From: an uncultured Prevotella sp.
Lineage (GTDB): Bacteria; Bacteroidota; Bacteroidia; Bacteroidales; Bacteroidaceae
Length of the DNA: 43,672 nt
NCBI GenBank assembly: GCA_905373605.1
Contig: CAJPTO010000001.1
Coordinates: 1-43,672, forward strand
Direction of reading: 5' to 3'
Position numbers and translations under genes: made by a program. Positions 26,460-35,838 of this stretch are shown here, piece by piece (positions within the stretch are counted from its first letter, which is position 1; the number at the start of each line of letters is the position of its first letter). Under the pieces are notes generated by a model, which had not been told where the DNA came from, ran no database searches, and saw nothing but the letters and a program-made list of their open reading frames with translations.

Positions 26460-29400
26460 TTATCTTGTCTGAAAATGAAATGAATTATTAATCAAAGCTG
26501 GTGTAATCCCGATATTCCACAGCCATATAGAACCTAATACGGTATAGGGGTGAATGAACAAAGTTGGAATGCCAGCTAAATTAAGCGCAAGCCCCGTATG
26601 TGTAGAACAAGAGCTATACAAGAAACTGTATGGAAGAATTCCACGACCTTCCTTAGTTAAAACATCAAGCATTCTTCCATATGTCTTTATTGTGCTGGTA
26701 TTAACATGCCTTATTATAGTGTCGACCCCTTTAACTGAATATCTGTTTGTTGCACCATTGGCTCCTAAGAACCTATTCAAATAATGGTCAACAGAACCTT
26801 TTGGGACAATCCATTCTTTCCCAGGTCCTATAGAAATGATTGTTTTACCATCCATCTCTCTTATGGCTGAATGGTTGATGAGGTCTTTCTTTTCTGTATT
26901 TAACAGGAGATAGCCCGTTTTTCCAATATCGGCAAGGTTGTTCAAGGCACCTAATACATATCCCAGGGTTTGGATACCCAAATTGCCTTTCTTCCCTAGA
27001 AATCCAAAAGTTCCATCCGAGAAATTATAAGATGCGAAACCAATGCTGACGGAGATGGGAGTTTGCCCGCCTGTATAAGCCCAAGTTCCAAAGGAATTGA
27101 TTAATGATGCGGCTGCAATGGATGCAGTGTTGGCCAAGGGGATGCCAGATGCTGCGATAGCACCACCGATATATCCGCTGGCACCACCCACTACAGCTCC
27201 ACCAAGCATGTATCTCCATGTCTTTCCTGAATGGAAATCCCATTTTGCAGGGTTGTATTCTCCATCATTAGCTATCACAGCACCTGAATATGCGCCTATT
27301 ACGGCCCCGACTAAGACAGGGATGAACCATGCAAACTTCCCATCCTTATCCACATACTTCAGCGGATTGTTCAGGCAATAGCTGTAACGGTTGAAGCTTT
27401 GTGTGAAATCGGGCATCTGAACATAGGGGTCGGGACTAAGGAAGCGGCCAAGTACGGGGTCGTAAAGGCGGGCATTCATGTTTATCAGCCCGAACCACGG
27501 CAGGTGTTCGTGGCCGCAATAACCGCGCCCGAGCAGCAAAGTGGGCTCTTCACCCTCCTTATAATACTCAATGTAAGAGGGACTGCGCAAACGTCCCCAA
27601 GCATCATATTCCAACTCTTGTTTCAGGTAGCCGTTGTCATCGGTGACGTAAACGACGCTGCCCAAATAATCACGAATGATTTGGTAAACGTTCCCACCTT
27701 CGTTTTCATGCCTTATGAAAACAGCTGGCGCACTGTAAGCGTCTCCGCCAAGGTAAAGTCGCTCTGTGATTTCTCCAAAAGAGTCGATATCACATTCGTA
27801 TTGGTTGCCAATGTAATGCCGCGTAAGCACGTTTTGCGCACCATGAGTGACGTTCATTCGCACGCGGTCGGCAGCGGCATTGTAATCATACTTGGCGACA
27901 TATCCTTTCTCCTCAATCCGTTCGGGACACATGAATGAGGTGTAGCTGATGCGTTGGTCGCGCAATGGAATGCTAGTGTCCGAAGGAGTGACGGAGGTGA
28001 GCTGGTAAGGCCTCGCGGCATTTGCGTATGACATTGTTCCTACGTTACGCTTCTGCACGATGTTGCCATTGGCTGCATATGCAACTAGCGAGTCGCCTGC
28101 GTAATAGCTCATTCTCGTAAGCCTGTTGAGGTTGTCGTATGAGAAGTATTCGGCATGTTTATACCGGCAATTGGTGCGAGAAAGCAAGTTGTTTGTCTGC
28201 GCATCAAATTCGTAATTAAAGCCAAAGTCGGTATAATAAATAGAATATGGAATGATGTTGTTGTAACGACAGATGCTGGGCAACCCTGTTTCTGAATAAC
28301 CATAATTTCTTTCCACGACTCCCGACTGCACCTTTTGTGCCTGCCCCAAGTCGTTTTCTTCGGTCAGTTTCCAAACTTTTCTTCCGTCTTGTAGCTTAAT
28401 CTCCACGTTATGCCCGTTGGCATATTCGTATCTCTCCTCGCACAAGAAACCGCTTGCGGACCTATACGACACGGCCGACACGTTCCCCTTATCGTATTGG
28501 AACTGTTTTTGCAGGTACTTCCCATCAAGGGCGTTCTCACGAGAACACGCCAAACGGCCATATTCGTCGTAAGAATAAAGATTTGATGTGCCATTGCTCG
28601 ACTCTTCGCTCGCCAACAAACCATCATCTGTGTAAGTGTAAGTGGTGTTGAACTCGCGTCGGCTCGTTTCTGTTGCCCGTCCGTATTTGTCGTACAGGGT
28701 CGTGATGCTTTTCCCATCGGCATTCGTTTCCACAACCGTGCGTTTGCCGTCGGCATTATAGCTTTCCGAGAACGTTCGGCGACCTGCACTCGGGTCTACA
28801 ATGGCCGTTCGGCGGCCGAAGTTGTCGTATTCGAAGGTGGTCGTTACGTTGCCTGGCGCGGTAATCGCGCTGGGTTGCCCGTCGGGGCGCAAGGCATAAG
28901 TGATGGTTCCGCCTGGGTCTTCCACCTTTATCAGCGCACCCGACACGTCTGTTGTCTTCGTTGTTGCGATGCCCCCTTTCGTCTCGGTGACGCTTAACTC
29001 GGCATAACTCCACGTAGTAGCCTTGCCCGAAGCCTCGGTAAACTTCACGGGACGGTCGTATTCGTCGTATTCGTAGGTAGCCCACAGCGTGGGAGCATCG
29101 CCCTTAAAGGGCAAGGATGTCTTTTCTAGCCTGCCCTTAACGTCATAAACGTTGTCCACAAACTGCCATTTGCCGTCGAACCGCCTGTTGCCTTTGCGCA
29201 CTTCGCGCCCCAGGGCATCGTAATGCACGATTACATCGAGCTGCCCCGTAACGCTTTTGGCGATGGTGTAGAGCTCTTTACCGCCCCATGCCGTGGTGGT
29301 TGTGGCCGTTACGCCGTCGGGAGAAGTGGTCGATGTGGGTTTTCCCCACGCATCGGTAACGATTGTGGTGGCTTTACCCTTATGGTCGATGATGCGATGC

Positions 29401-32036
29401 GGCTGCCCCCACTTGTCGTAGTCGGCAAATGTGGTGGTTTGCCCCAAGGCATTGGTCTTTGTCAATAGGTTTCTGCCGCTGGCATCGTAGGTGTAGGTGT
29501 TGCCAAGCAGCTCAGTGACGTTGTAAGGGGCCGACTTCTCGCTGGCCATGTTGCCGTGTGCGTCATACGTCCAATGCGTTTCGCCCGTCTTGTTGCCGTT
29601 GATGTAAGTCGTTTGTCGCTCTGGCCGCCACTCCGCATTATATGTAATCTCCTCGCGCGTTGTCCAAGTGCTGCCGTTGCGCCCCGAGGTGGTGGTCTTC
29701 GTTAGTGGCAATCCGAGCTGATAGCGTTCGGGAGTGACAATATTGCGGTAGGATTGTCCTTCTTCTGTGTAAAGGTTGTCCTCATCGAACGAGGTGCGTT
29801 GCTGGGTAAGGTTGTTAAATTCGTCGTACCTAAACAGCGTTTCTTTCCAAGCACCCGTTAGTTTGAAGTCTTCTGTCAAAGACATTAACAATGGATTACA
29901 GGTTTTATTCGGAGCGAGAAAGGCATTGGCATAGGACATATAAACGTCTTTTTCACGCGTCTCGATGTGCGTAGTCACGCCAAGGTGTTCTGGGTCGTGC
30001 CTTTCTTTGGTGTAATTCCCGCTCATGCCCTCATCCACCCGTGTGTTCTCAAACCCCACGAAGCCAAAGCCTGTTCGATGTGCCACTGCCCCCGAGTAGG
30101 TGTAGCGAAGATGTTTCAGCATTTCACGGCCGCTATACGTGATACTTGATGAAAGAAGCCGCAGCGGAGCCATGAAGTTAAAATAAGGATAGGCATAGGT
30201 AGAACGCGAAGGTACGTAGTTGCTCCACTCCGCTGTCATATCTTCGTAGCGGTTGTGTTGCAGAAGGCCATAACTGTCGGCCATACCCGTAAGCATGCGG
30301 TTGCTGTTTTCGTCTGTTGTGAAGTTATAGCAGCTCACAACAGCGTTGCTTATGGCCACGAGCTGGCTCATTCCCCACGGATTGTTGACGTTTGCAGGCA
30401 GTAACTGAGTGTTTTGAGAAAGGCTGAAGTTGCAACAAGCCGTTTCTTGCAGCTTGCCGTTCACGTTCAGAAACAGGCGTGTGTTCCCATCCCGTGTGCA
30501 CAACAGGTCAGCAAGTCCGTTCTTGTCCACGTCCATCATCAGGTACTTGTCCCACATTTCCCTATTTACAATAGGCATTTGCCTTTTTGCGAAACCCCTC
30601 CCCGTTGAGATGAGTGCGGTCCATATCTTTCCGTTATCCACATATCCACTAGGAACCATCGTTTCCCCTATTGCATAACGTTGTTTAACGAAAAACTTCG
30701 TTATCACCCTCTCACCTGTTTTTTTGTATTGGTGGAAATGTCCGGGCATCGCCAACAGGCCGTCGGCATAATTGTTCTTAACAAGCTTGCCGCGTAGGTA
30801 TATTGGTTTCTTTGTGTTGGAGTCGTTTGCGAAATATTTGGTGAGGAGAAGCTGGGAACTTTCCACTAATCTGGCTTGAGTCGCATCCTCTCCCTCGCCA
30901 TAGGCGAACTGCAAAGGGGGCAATGCGGCGTCGTCCGAAACGCAATCCAACTGGGTTAGCAGGTTTACGCCCCTCTCCACATGCGTGAGTTTGTATGAGC
31001 AAAGCGTTTCAAACTTGCCATTCACCTTTGTCTGCGACACAACCCCTTTCAGCAGCTTGTTGGGCTTTATGCCTATACCGGCAACGAAAGCCTCGGTGCA
31101 GTCGGTTCGGTTTGCATAGCTAAACAGCAACAACCCTGTATGGTCGTGTTCTGTTTTCCCACCATACGCCACTTTTGAAAGGTAATAGCAATTGCCCGAC
31201 TCCTCGTAGGTGAAGTTCATCCGATAACCGTTTGAATAACAGATTTCGGTCAGTGGATAAAGGTATCTGGTTGTGGTGTTGTCCTTAAAACCGAAAGTGG
31301 CCGTGCTGCCGTTGGGGTAAGCCACGGTGAAATAGGCCACGTGTGCGCCATAACAATGTTTCTTCACCAGTGTAAATCCGCGCGAGGTTACATACTGGTA
31401 TTGGCTCAACCCGCCAGTGTTGTCCACAAGGCGCACGCCATCCAGTGCAAATCGGCATTCATCGGGTTGTGTTAAGTCGGCCGAAGCCGTAACACCATCG
31501 AACATTATCGACTTGCCCACCGCCATGATTGCTGAAGCTCCCGACACGTTCCAGCCATACCCGGCCGCTCCGTTGGCCGCTTGGCTGCTGTAGGTGATGG
31601 CCATTTGTGGAGCTGTTCCGCAGCAATTGGCCGTTGTTATGGGTATGGAATAGGTCTTTGCACCAGAGGGCGAAACGCCTTCTTGTATTGCTATCCGCCC
31701 CACATACCTGTTGCCTTGTGCATAGTTGTCGAACTTTGGCACGCCGAAATCATTTGGCCGGCTGGCCCTCAACGCTCGTTTCTTGGGCGATTTGCTTGGC
31801 GTTTGATTGATGATTGGCCCCAAGTCGACGGGTTTGGGCATGTATCTGTAAACGGTGTCGCCCTCTTCAAGCACTTTGCGTTCCACCACAGAGTCTGGTT
31901 CGAGCAGTTTATTTGTGTTGTCACTAAACCTGTCTGATAAGTTGTTGTATGCTCTGTTGTATATACTTGCCCTGGCATTGCTTTGAGAAAATAAAGCCAT
32001 AAAAGAAACGATGGCAAATGTAGCGATCTGTTTCAT
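26460..32036 (-). CDS. Sec-signal SpvB/Rhs (YD-repeat) polymorphic toxin
   Basis: Signal peptide; SpvB/TcB-like GVSPSGAKTYSIPI...YSSQAANGAAGYGWNVSG; many YD repeats (YDALGR, YDNFGR, YDAWGR); Rhs core GHEH...NARLYDPVLGRFLSPDP...YCLNNPLKYVDKDG; AT-rich variable tip. Confidence 0.93.
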   Translation of the reverse strand: MKQIATFAIVSFMALFSQSNARASIYNRAYNNLSDRFSDNTNKLLEPDSVVERKVLEEGDTVYRYMPKPVDLGPIINQTPSKSPKKRALRASRPNDFGVPKFDNYAQGNRYVGRIAIQEGVSPSGAKTYSIPITTANCCGTAPQMAITYSSQAANGAAGYGWNVSGASAIMAVGKSIMFDGVTASADLTQPDECRFALDGVRLVDNTGGLSQYQYVTSRGFTLVKKHCYGAHVAYFTVAYPNGSTATFGFKDNTTTRYLYPLTEICYSNGYRMNFTYEESGNCYYLSKVAYGGKTEHDHTGLLLFSYANRTDCTEAFVAGIGIKPNKLLKGVVSQTKVNGKFETLCSYKLTHVERGVNLLTQLDCVSDDAALPPLQFAYGEGEDATQARLVESSQLLLTKYFANDSNTKKPIYLRGKLVKNNYADGLLAMPGHFHQYKKTGERVITKFFVKQRYAIGETMVPSGYVDNGKIWTALISTGRGFAKRQMPIVNREMWDKYLMMDVDKNGLADLLCTRDGNTRLFLNVNGKLQETACCNFSLSQNTQLLPANVNNPWGMSQLVAISNAVVSCYNFTTDENSNRMLTGMADSYGLLQHNRYEDMTAEWSNYVPSRSTYAYPYFNFMAPLRLLSSSITYSGREMLKHLRYTYSGAVAHRTGFGFVGFENTRVDEGMSGNYTKERHDPEHLGVTTHIETREKDVYMSYANAFLAPNKTCNPLLMSLTEDFKLTGAWKETLFRYDEFNNLTQQRTSFDEDNLYTEEGQSYRNIVTPERYQLGLPLTKTTTSGRNGSTWTTREEITYNAEWRPERQTTYINGNKTGETHWTYDAHGNMASEKSAPYNVTELLGNTYTYDASGRNLLTKTNALGQTTTFADYDKWGQPHRIIDHKGKATTIVTDAWGKPTSTTSPDGVTATTTTAWGGKELYTIAKSVTGQLDVIVHYDALGREVRKGNRRFDGKWQFVDNVYDVKGRLEKTSLPFKGDAPTLWATYEYDEYDRPVKFTEASGKATTWSYAELSVTETKGGIATTKTTDVSGALIKVEDPGGTITYALRPDGQPSAITAPGNVTTTFEYDNFGRRTAIVDPSAGRRTFSESYNADGKRTVVETNADGKSITTLYDKYGRATETSRREFNTTYTYTDDGLLASEESSNGTSNLYSYDEYGRLACSRENALDGKYLQKQFQYDKGNVSAVSYRSASGFLCEERYEYANGHNVEIKLQDGRKVWKLTEENDLGQAQKVQSGVVERNYGYSETGLPSICRYNNIIPYSIYYTDFGFNYEFDAQTNNLLSRTNCRYKHAEYFSYDNLNRLTRMSYYAGDSLVAYAANGNIVQKRNVGTMSYANAARPYQLTSVTPSDTSIPLRDQRISYTSFMCPERIEEKGYVAKYDYNAAADRVRMNVTHGAQNVLTRHYIGNQYECDIDSFGEITERLYLGGDAYSAPAVFIRHENEGGNVYQIIRDYLGSVVYVTDDNGYLKQELEYDAWGRLRSPSYIEYYKEGEEPTLLLGRGYCGHEHLPWFGLINMNARLYDPVLGRFLSPDPYVQMPDFTQSFNRYSYCLNNPLKYVDKDGKFAWFIPVLVGAVIGAYSGAVIANDGEYNPAKWDFHSGKTWRYMLGGAVVGGASGYIGGAIAASGIPLANTASIAAASLINSFGTWAYTGGQTPISVSIGFASYNFSDGTFGFLGKKGNLGIQTLGYVLGALNNLADIGKTGYLLLNTEKKDLINHSAIREMDGKTIISIGPGKEWIVPKGSVDHYLNRFLGANGATNRYSVKGVDTIIRHVNTSTIKTYGRMLDVLTKEGRGILPYSFLYSSCSTHTGLALNLAGIPTLFIHPYTVLGSIWLWNIGITPALINNSFHFQTR

Positions 32037-32056
32037 AACGTTAGTTGTTTAGTGTG

Positions 32057-32482
32057 TCATTCCTTAATCACCTTCCACGATGTGTTTTTGCCGCCCAATC
32101 GGATGTGCAGCACATATATGCCCTTGGCAAAGCTTGCCATGTTCACCTTGGTAATATCGCCCATTAAGTCGCACTTAACGAGCTGTGCGCCGTTTGGGGC
32201 ATAAAGTGAGAACTCGCCTTGCATCTCTGGCGTGTAAGAATCCAGTGCAATGGTAAGCTCTTCCTTAACAGGATTGGGATATATGCGCAGCTGTTGTTGC
32301 GCCAAGTGTTCGTAAAGAAAGGCTGTGTCGGCTGCTTGCACCATGCTTTTCGCCGCTCGTGTCTGTAACACAATGGTGCGGGCGGTGCGGTTTCCGTTGG
32401 CATCGTAGGCATAAGTAATCTGTTGCGCGCTGATGGAAAGGGGCAACAATGTCAATGCGGCAGTGAGTAAAGATTTAGTCAT
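32057..32482 (-). CDS. Small T9SS type A sorting-domain protein with an N-terminal YD-like hairpin
   Basis: Signal peptide; ITYAYDANGNRTART; LRIYPNPVKEELTI...GIYVLHI...WKVIKE is a canonical type A CTD. Confidence 0.88.
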   Translation of the reverse strand: MTKSLLTAALTLLPLSISAQQITYAYDANGNRTARTIVLQTRAAKSMVQAADTAFLYEHLAQQQLRIYPNPVKEELTIALDSYTPEMQGEFSLYAPNGAQLVKCDLMGDITKVNMASFAKGIYVLHIRLGGKNTSWKVIKE

Positions 32483-32541
32483 AGGGCAAATCGTTTAGCG
32501 TAGATAAATTGTGTTGGGCAAGTTGGTTAAGCTTGCGGCTG

Positions 32542-32549
32542 CAAATATA
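32542..32549 (-). promoter_or_regulatory. -7 promoter element for the T9SS-CTD/Rhs operon
   Basis: TATATTTG on the minus strand, 60 bp upstream of the ATG at 32482. Confidence 0.6.
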
Positions 32550-32907
32550 GCGATTATTTCTTTTCGCTCAAACAATTTTAGCAAAAACCTCAAGACTCTT
32601 GTCAAAATAAAGGTAAAAGCACTAAGAGACGTAGCGGTGCAATTTGTGTGTTAAGCAGGTGTTGCCAGTAAACAATGATGATGCACTGGCGGTTGTGCGT
32701 TGTGTTATCAGTCTAAAATATTCGCCACGCTGTGCAAGATAAATCAAACCTGTACGCATCTCTTGACATTGGCGCATTGTTTGCTTTTTGCTTTTTGCAG
32801 GCAAGCGGCATATTCGCAGCAAACATAATGATTAGAGGGTGTGGGAGTATAAGCATTGCGCGCGCATTTGTGGTTTCGTTTGCAGGCAAGTTTACTTCAA
32901 TGTGGCT

Positions 32908-33025
32908 GTACCACGCCGCGGGTACCGCGGCTACCAGAGGCTGGTAGTATGGCTACCAGAATCTGGTACTGATGCTACCAAACGCTGGTAGTGTGGCTAC
33001 CATTGGTTGGTATTGATACCACCAG
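32908..33025. repeat. Degenerate 22-bp tandem repeat with internal palindrome TACCA-N5-TGGTA
   Basis: Units ctaccagaggctggtagtatgg (32931), ctaccagaatctggtactgatg (32953), ctaccaaacgctggtagtgtgg (32975), ctaccattggttggtattgata (32997). Confidence 0.8.
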
Positions 33026-33279
33026 TTACTCTTTGCCGAGCGTTTTTATAAACTTACCAACTTAGATTGTTTAGAAAATCACAATCCCGAGCCTAGTTGG
33101 CTTTCGCTTTAGACTGGTTTTGAGCAACATCTCCGCTGTTTTTTGCTATTAGCGATGCAAATTTTGTTTCGGATGTAAGTGCATGGCAGACTCTGCAACT
33201 GAAAATGGGCAAAATTTGCGAGATAAAAGCAGAAGACGAATGCACAATAAGCACTTGCATGGAGCTTCTGTGGCTGGCA

Positions 33280-33744
33280 TTAATACAACGTGTCGGTGAG
33301 CAGTTGCGCCACTTGCTCGAGAAAACGCTTGTCAATGTCGTCGAAAGCGACGAGTTGGCGGCTGTCGATGTCGAGAACGGCGATGGGTTTGCCGGCTTTT
33401 GTGAACACTGGCACAACGATTTCTGAGCGCGACAACGCGCTGCAAGCGATGTGTCCAGGGAACTTTTCAACATCTTGCACCACCAATGTGCGCTGCTCTT
33501 TGAACGCTGTGCCGCACACACCCTTGCCTATGGCGATGGCATAGCAGGCAGGTGGCCCTTGAAAAGGACCTAGGCGCAAAAGACCATCGGCGGAAAGGCG
33601 GTAGAAACCCGTCCAAAAGAACGTGTCGAAAGCTTGGTGCAGGGCGGCGGCCACGTTGGCCAATACGCTGGTTTCGTGGGTTTCGCCCTCCACAAGTGCT
33701 GCTATCTGCGGCAACAGGGCGGTGTAAGTGGTTTCCTTGTTCAT
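33280..33744 (-). CDS. msrC: GAF-domain protein, free methionine-(R)-sulfoxide reductase (YebR/MsrC family)
   Basis: FWTGFY...LGPFQGPPAC...GKGVCG...FPGHIACS...SEIVVP...VLDIDS. Confidence 0.9.
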   Translation of the reverse strand: MNKETTYTALLPQIAALVEGETHETSVLANVAAALHQAFDTFFWTGFYRLSADGLLRLGPFQGPPACYAIAIGKGVCGTAFKEQRTLVVQDVEKFPGHIACSALSRSEIVVPVFTKAGKPIAVLDIDSRQLVAFDDIDKRFLEQVAQLLTDTLY

Positions 33745-34544
33745 GGCTTATGGGTGTTCATTTCTTGTGCAACCATGTTGGTTAGCTGCACAAATTCGGC
33801 TACGGATAGCTGTTCTGGGCGGCGTGTAAACATGTCTTGGGCATAAAATTCGGGCGAAGCGGGCGAGCCGGCAAACAGCTGTCGGAGACTTACGCGAAGC
33901 ATTTTGCGCCGCTGGTTGAACACAGTCTTCACCACACGCTTAAAAAGAACCTCGTCGCAACCAAGGTCTTCCGTGGCGTTTCGCGTCATGCGGATAACCG
34001 CGCTCTTCACTTTGGGTGGCGGATTAAACACGGTTTCGTCTACGGTGAAGAGATATTCCACATCATACCACGCTTGTATGAGCACCGAAAGAATGCCATA
34101 GGCCTTCGTTCCAGGCTGCGAAGCGATGCGCAAGGCCACTTCGCGCTGTATCATCCCCGTGCAGCAGGGTATGAGTTGGCGGTTGTCGAGCATCTTAAAG
34201 AATATCTGTGACGAGATATCGTAGGGGTAATTGCCCGTAAGCACAAAGGGTTGGCCAGAGAAAGCGTCGTTGAGGTCCATGCGGAGGAAGTCTTCGCCCA
34301 ACACGTTATCGGCCAAAAGGGGGAAGTGTTGGTGCAGATAAGCCACCGATTCTGTGTCTATCTCCACCACGCGTAGCGGTCTTTGCTTGGTTGCGAGGTA
34401 TTGGGTAAGCACGCCCATGCCAGGTCCTACCTCGAGGATGGGCAGCTCTGGGCATGCGTCTACGGTGTCGGCAATGCGTTGTGCAATGCCTAAGTCGGTC
34501 AAAAAGTGCTGACCAAGGTGCTTTTTGGGTCGTACAAGCTTCAT
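33741..34544 (-). CDS. rsmA: 16S rRNA (adenine-N6) dimethyltransferase
   Basis: KKHLGQHFL; LEVGPGMG; GNYPYDIS; FNPPPKVKS; FNQRRKML. Confidence 0.97.
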   Translation of the reverse strand: MKLVRPKKHLGQHFLTDLGIAQRIADTVDACPELPILEVGPGMGVLTQYLATKQRPLRVVEIDTESVAYLHQHFPLLADNVLGEDFLRMDLNDAFSGQPFVLTGNYPYDISSQIFFKMLDNRQLIPCCTGMIQREVALRIASQPGTKAYGILSVLIQAWYDVEYLFTVDETVFNPPPKVKSAVIRMTRNATEDLGCDEVLFKRVVKTVFNQRRKMLRVSLRQLFAGSPASPEFYAQDMFTRRPEQLSVAEFVQLTNMVAQEMNTHKP

Positions 34545-34566
34545 CGTAAATGTGTTGTTACGTTTG

Positions 34567-34574
34567 CAAAGGTA
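34567..34574 (-). promoter_or_regulatory. -7 promoter element for rsmA
   Basis: TACCTTTG on the minus strand, 23 bp upstream of the ATG. Confidence 0.6.
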
Positions 34575-34724
34575 GCAAAATATGGGGGATTAGTCGGCGT
34601 TTTGGGGCGATTGTTTGGGTGGTGGATGTGATTAATGCGCATGAACGGTGATACGAGTTGATTTTATGGATGTTTTTGGGGCTAATTTATTTGGCGTTTC
34701 GTTTGTGGCGGTGTGGATTTTTTT

Positions 34725-34732
34725 TACCTTTG
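34725..34732 (+). promoter_or_regulatory. -7 promoter element for the divergent lipoprotein
   Basis: TACCTTTG on the plus strand, about 53 bp upstream of the ATG at 34785. Confidence 0.6.
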
Positions 34733-34784
34733 CAAGGTAATTAATCAAAATCTGCCTTTTCGGAAGGCACTAATCAACAAGTCT

Positions 34785-35573
34785 ATGAACAAATTATTTA
34801 AGCCCCTTTTAGTGCTGTTGCTGTTACCGTTTGTAGCAGCCTGTACTTCAACTACCGAAGAAGAGCCGATGCAACCTTTCCATTTGGCGAGCGATTATGG
34901 CGAGGTGATGTTGGGAGAGAACTATTTTCAGGATGTTGCGAATGGTAGCGGACGGCTGAAAGTGAGTTATCCCGACACAGTAAAAAACTATGCCAAGGTA
35001 GAGTATTACAAGGAAACGGATGAGTGGCACAATTTAGGCTATCTTAAAATTCATGCCTTGAAGATAGGCGAAATAGGTTTGACGCTTACAGATAGCGTAA
35101 CAAACGAAGTGCAGAAACTGAAAATAAAGATACGGCCTACATACGTTTGCTTGGAGGTTAGCGAGAGCAAGGATCCCGTTTGGTTTAAAGGTATGGGCGT
35201 TGTTGGCCTTTTCTTGGTTCAAAACGCAGAGCGTTCGTTTTATCTTTGCCAATATAGTCCGATACGTCGTCGCTTTGTCAGCAAAGCCGTTAGTTCGGGA
35301 ACGTACACTATCGTTGAAGAAAATGGCGTGCCCGCGGCTATCCGTTTGGAAAGTAAGGACAAGAATTTCGAACGCTATTTCATTCTAACGAAAGAGAATA
35401 AACAAGCGACATTAGATGCTCTGGACAAGCTAAGAAAACAGGATATAGGGCCAAATGACGACAAAATAGAATTGCCTTTAATCCTTGAAGAAAGGGACAT
35501 GAAGACGCGCGTTATGGCTGGTTTTTATTATAAGCAGCAGGGTTTGAACTTGCCAAACAAGCTGATGGATTAG
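34785..35573 (+). CDS. Hypothetical lipoprotein
   Basis: Start at MNKLFKPLLV; VAAC lipobox followed by TSTTEEE. Confidence 0.8.
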   Translation: MNKLFKPLLVLLLLPFVAACTSTTEEEPMQPFHLASDYGEVMLGENYFQDVANGSGRLKVSYPDTVKNYAKVEYYKETDEWHNLGYLKIHALKIGEIGLTLTDSVTNEVQKLKIKIRPTYVCLEVSESKDPVWFKGMGVVGLFLVQNAERSFYLCQYSPIRRRFVSKAVSSGTYTIVEENGVPAAIRLESKDKNFERYFILTKENKQATLDALDKLRKQDIGPNDDKIELPLILEERDMKTRVMAGFYYKQQGLNLPNKLMD

Positions 35574-35606
35574 AAATCGGCTGAACGGACAACGGCTTTA
35601 TACGCG

Positions 35607-35640
35607 GAGGGCGGACTTTTTTCACAGGAAGTTCGCCCTC
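35607..35640 (+). terminator. Possible terminator hairpin
   Basis: GAGGGCGGACTT-N10-AAGTTCGCCCTC, 34 bp after the stop; weak U-tract. Confidence 0.4.
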
Positions 35641-35838
35641 GGTGTTGTATATTGTTTGCCTTTACGGCCGTTATCTCGAAAAAAAGTGTTTACTTTGTAG
35701 GTTGTAAGAATGAAGTTTGGCCGCGACAGGATGACCGAAGACAAGGCGCAAGAGTGGTTCTCGCCCCGTGGGTGGGTGCAAATGTGCCTCTGATGGCCAA
35801 GCAAACGTATTTAGTAACATTCAAAAATCCACAACTTT

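Noticed and set aside
26460..32036. T6SS effector or complete Tc toxin complex
   Set aside because: No PAAR, VgrG, Hcp or TcA in the window, and the protein has a Sec signal peptide
32560..33270. IS element or MITE in the long intergenic gap
   Set aside because: No transposase remnant, terminal inverted repeats or target-site duplication could be identified
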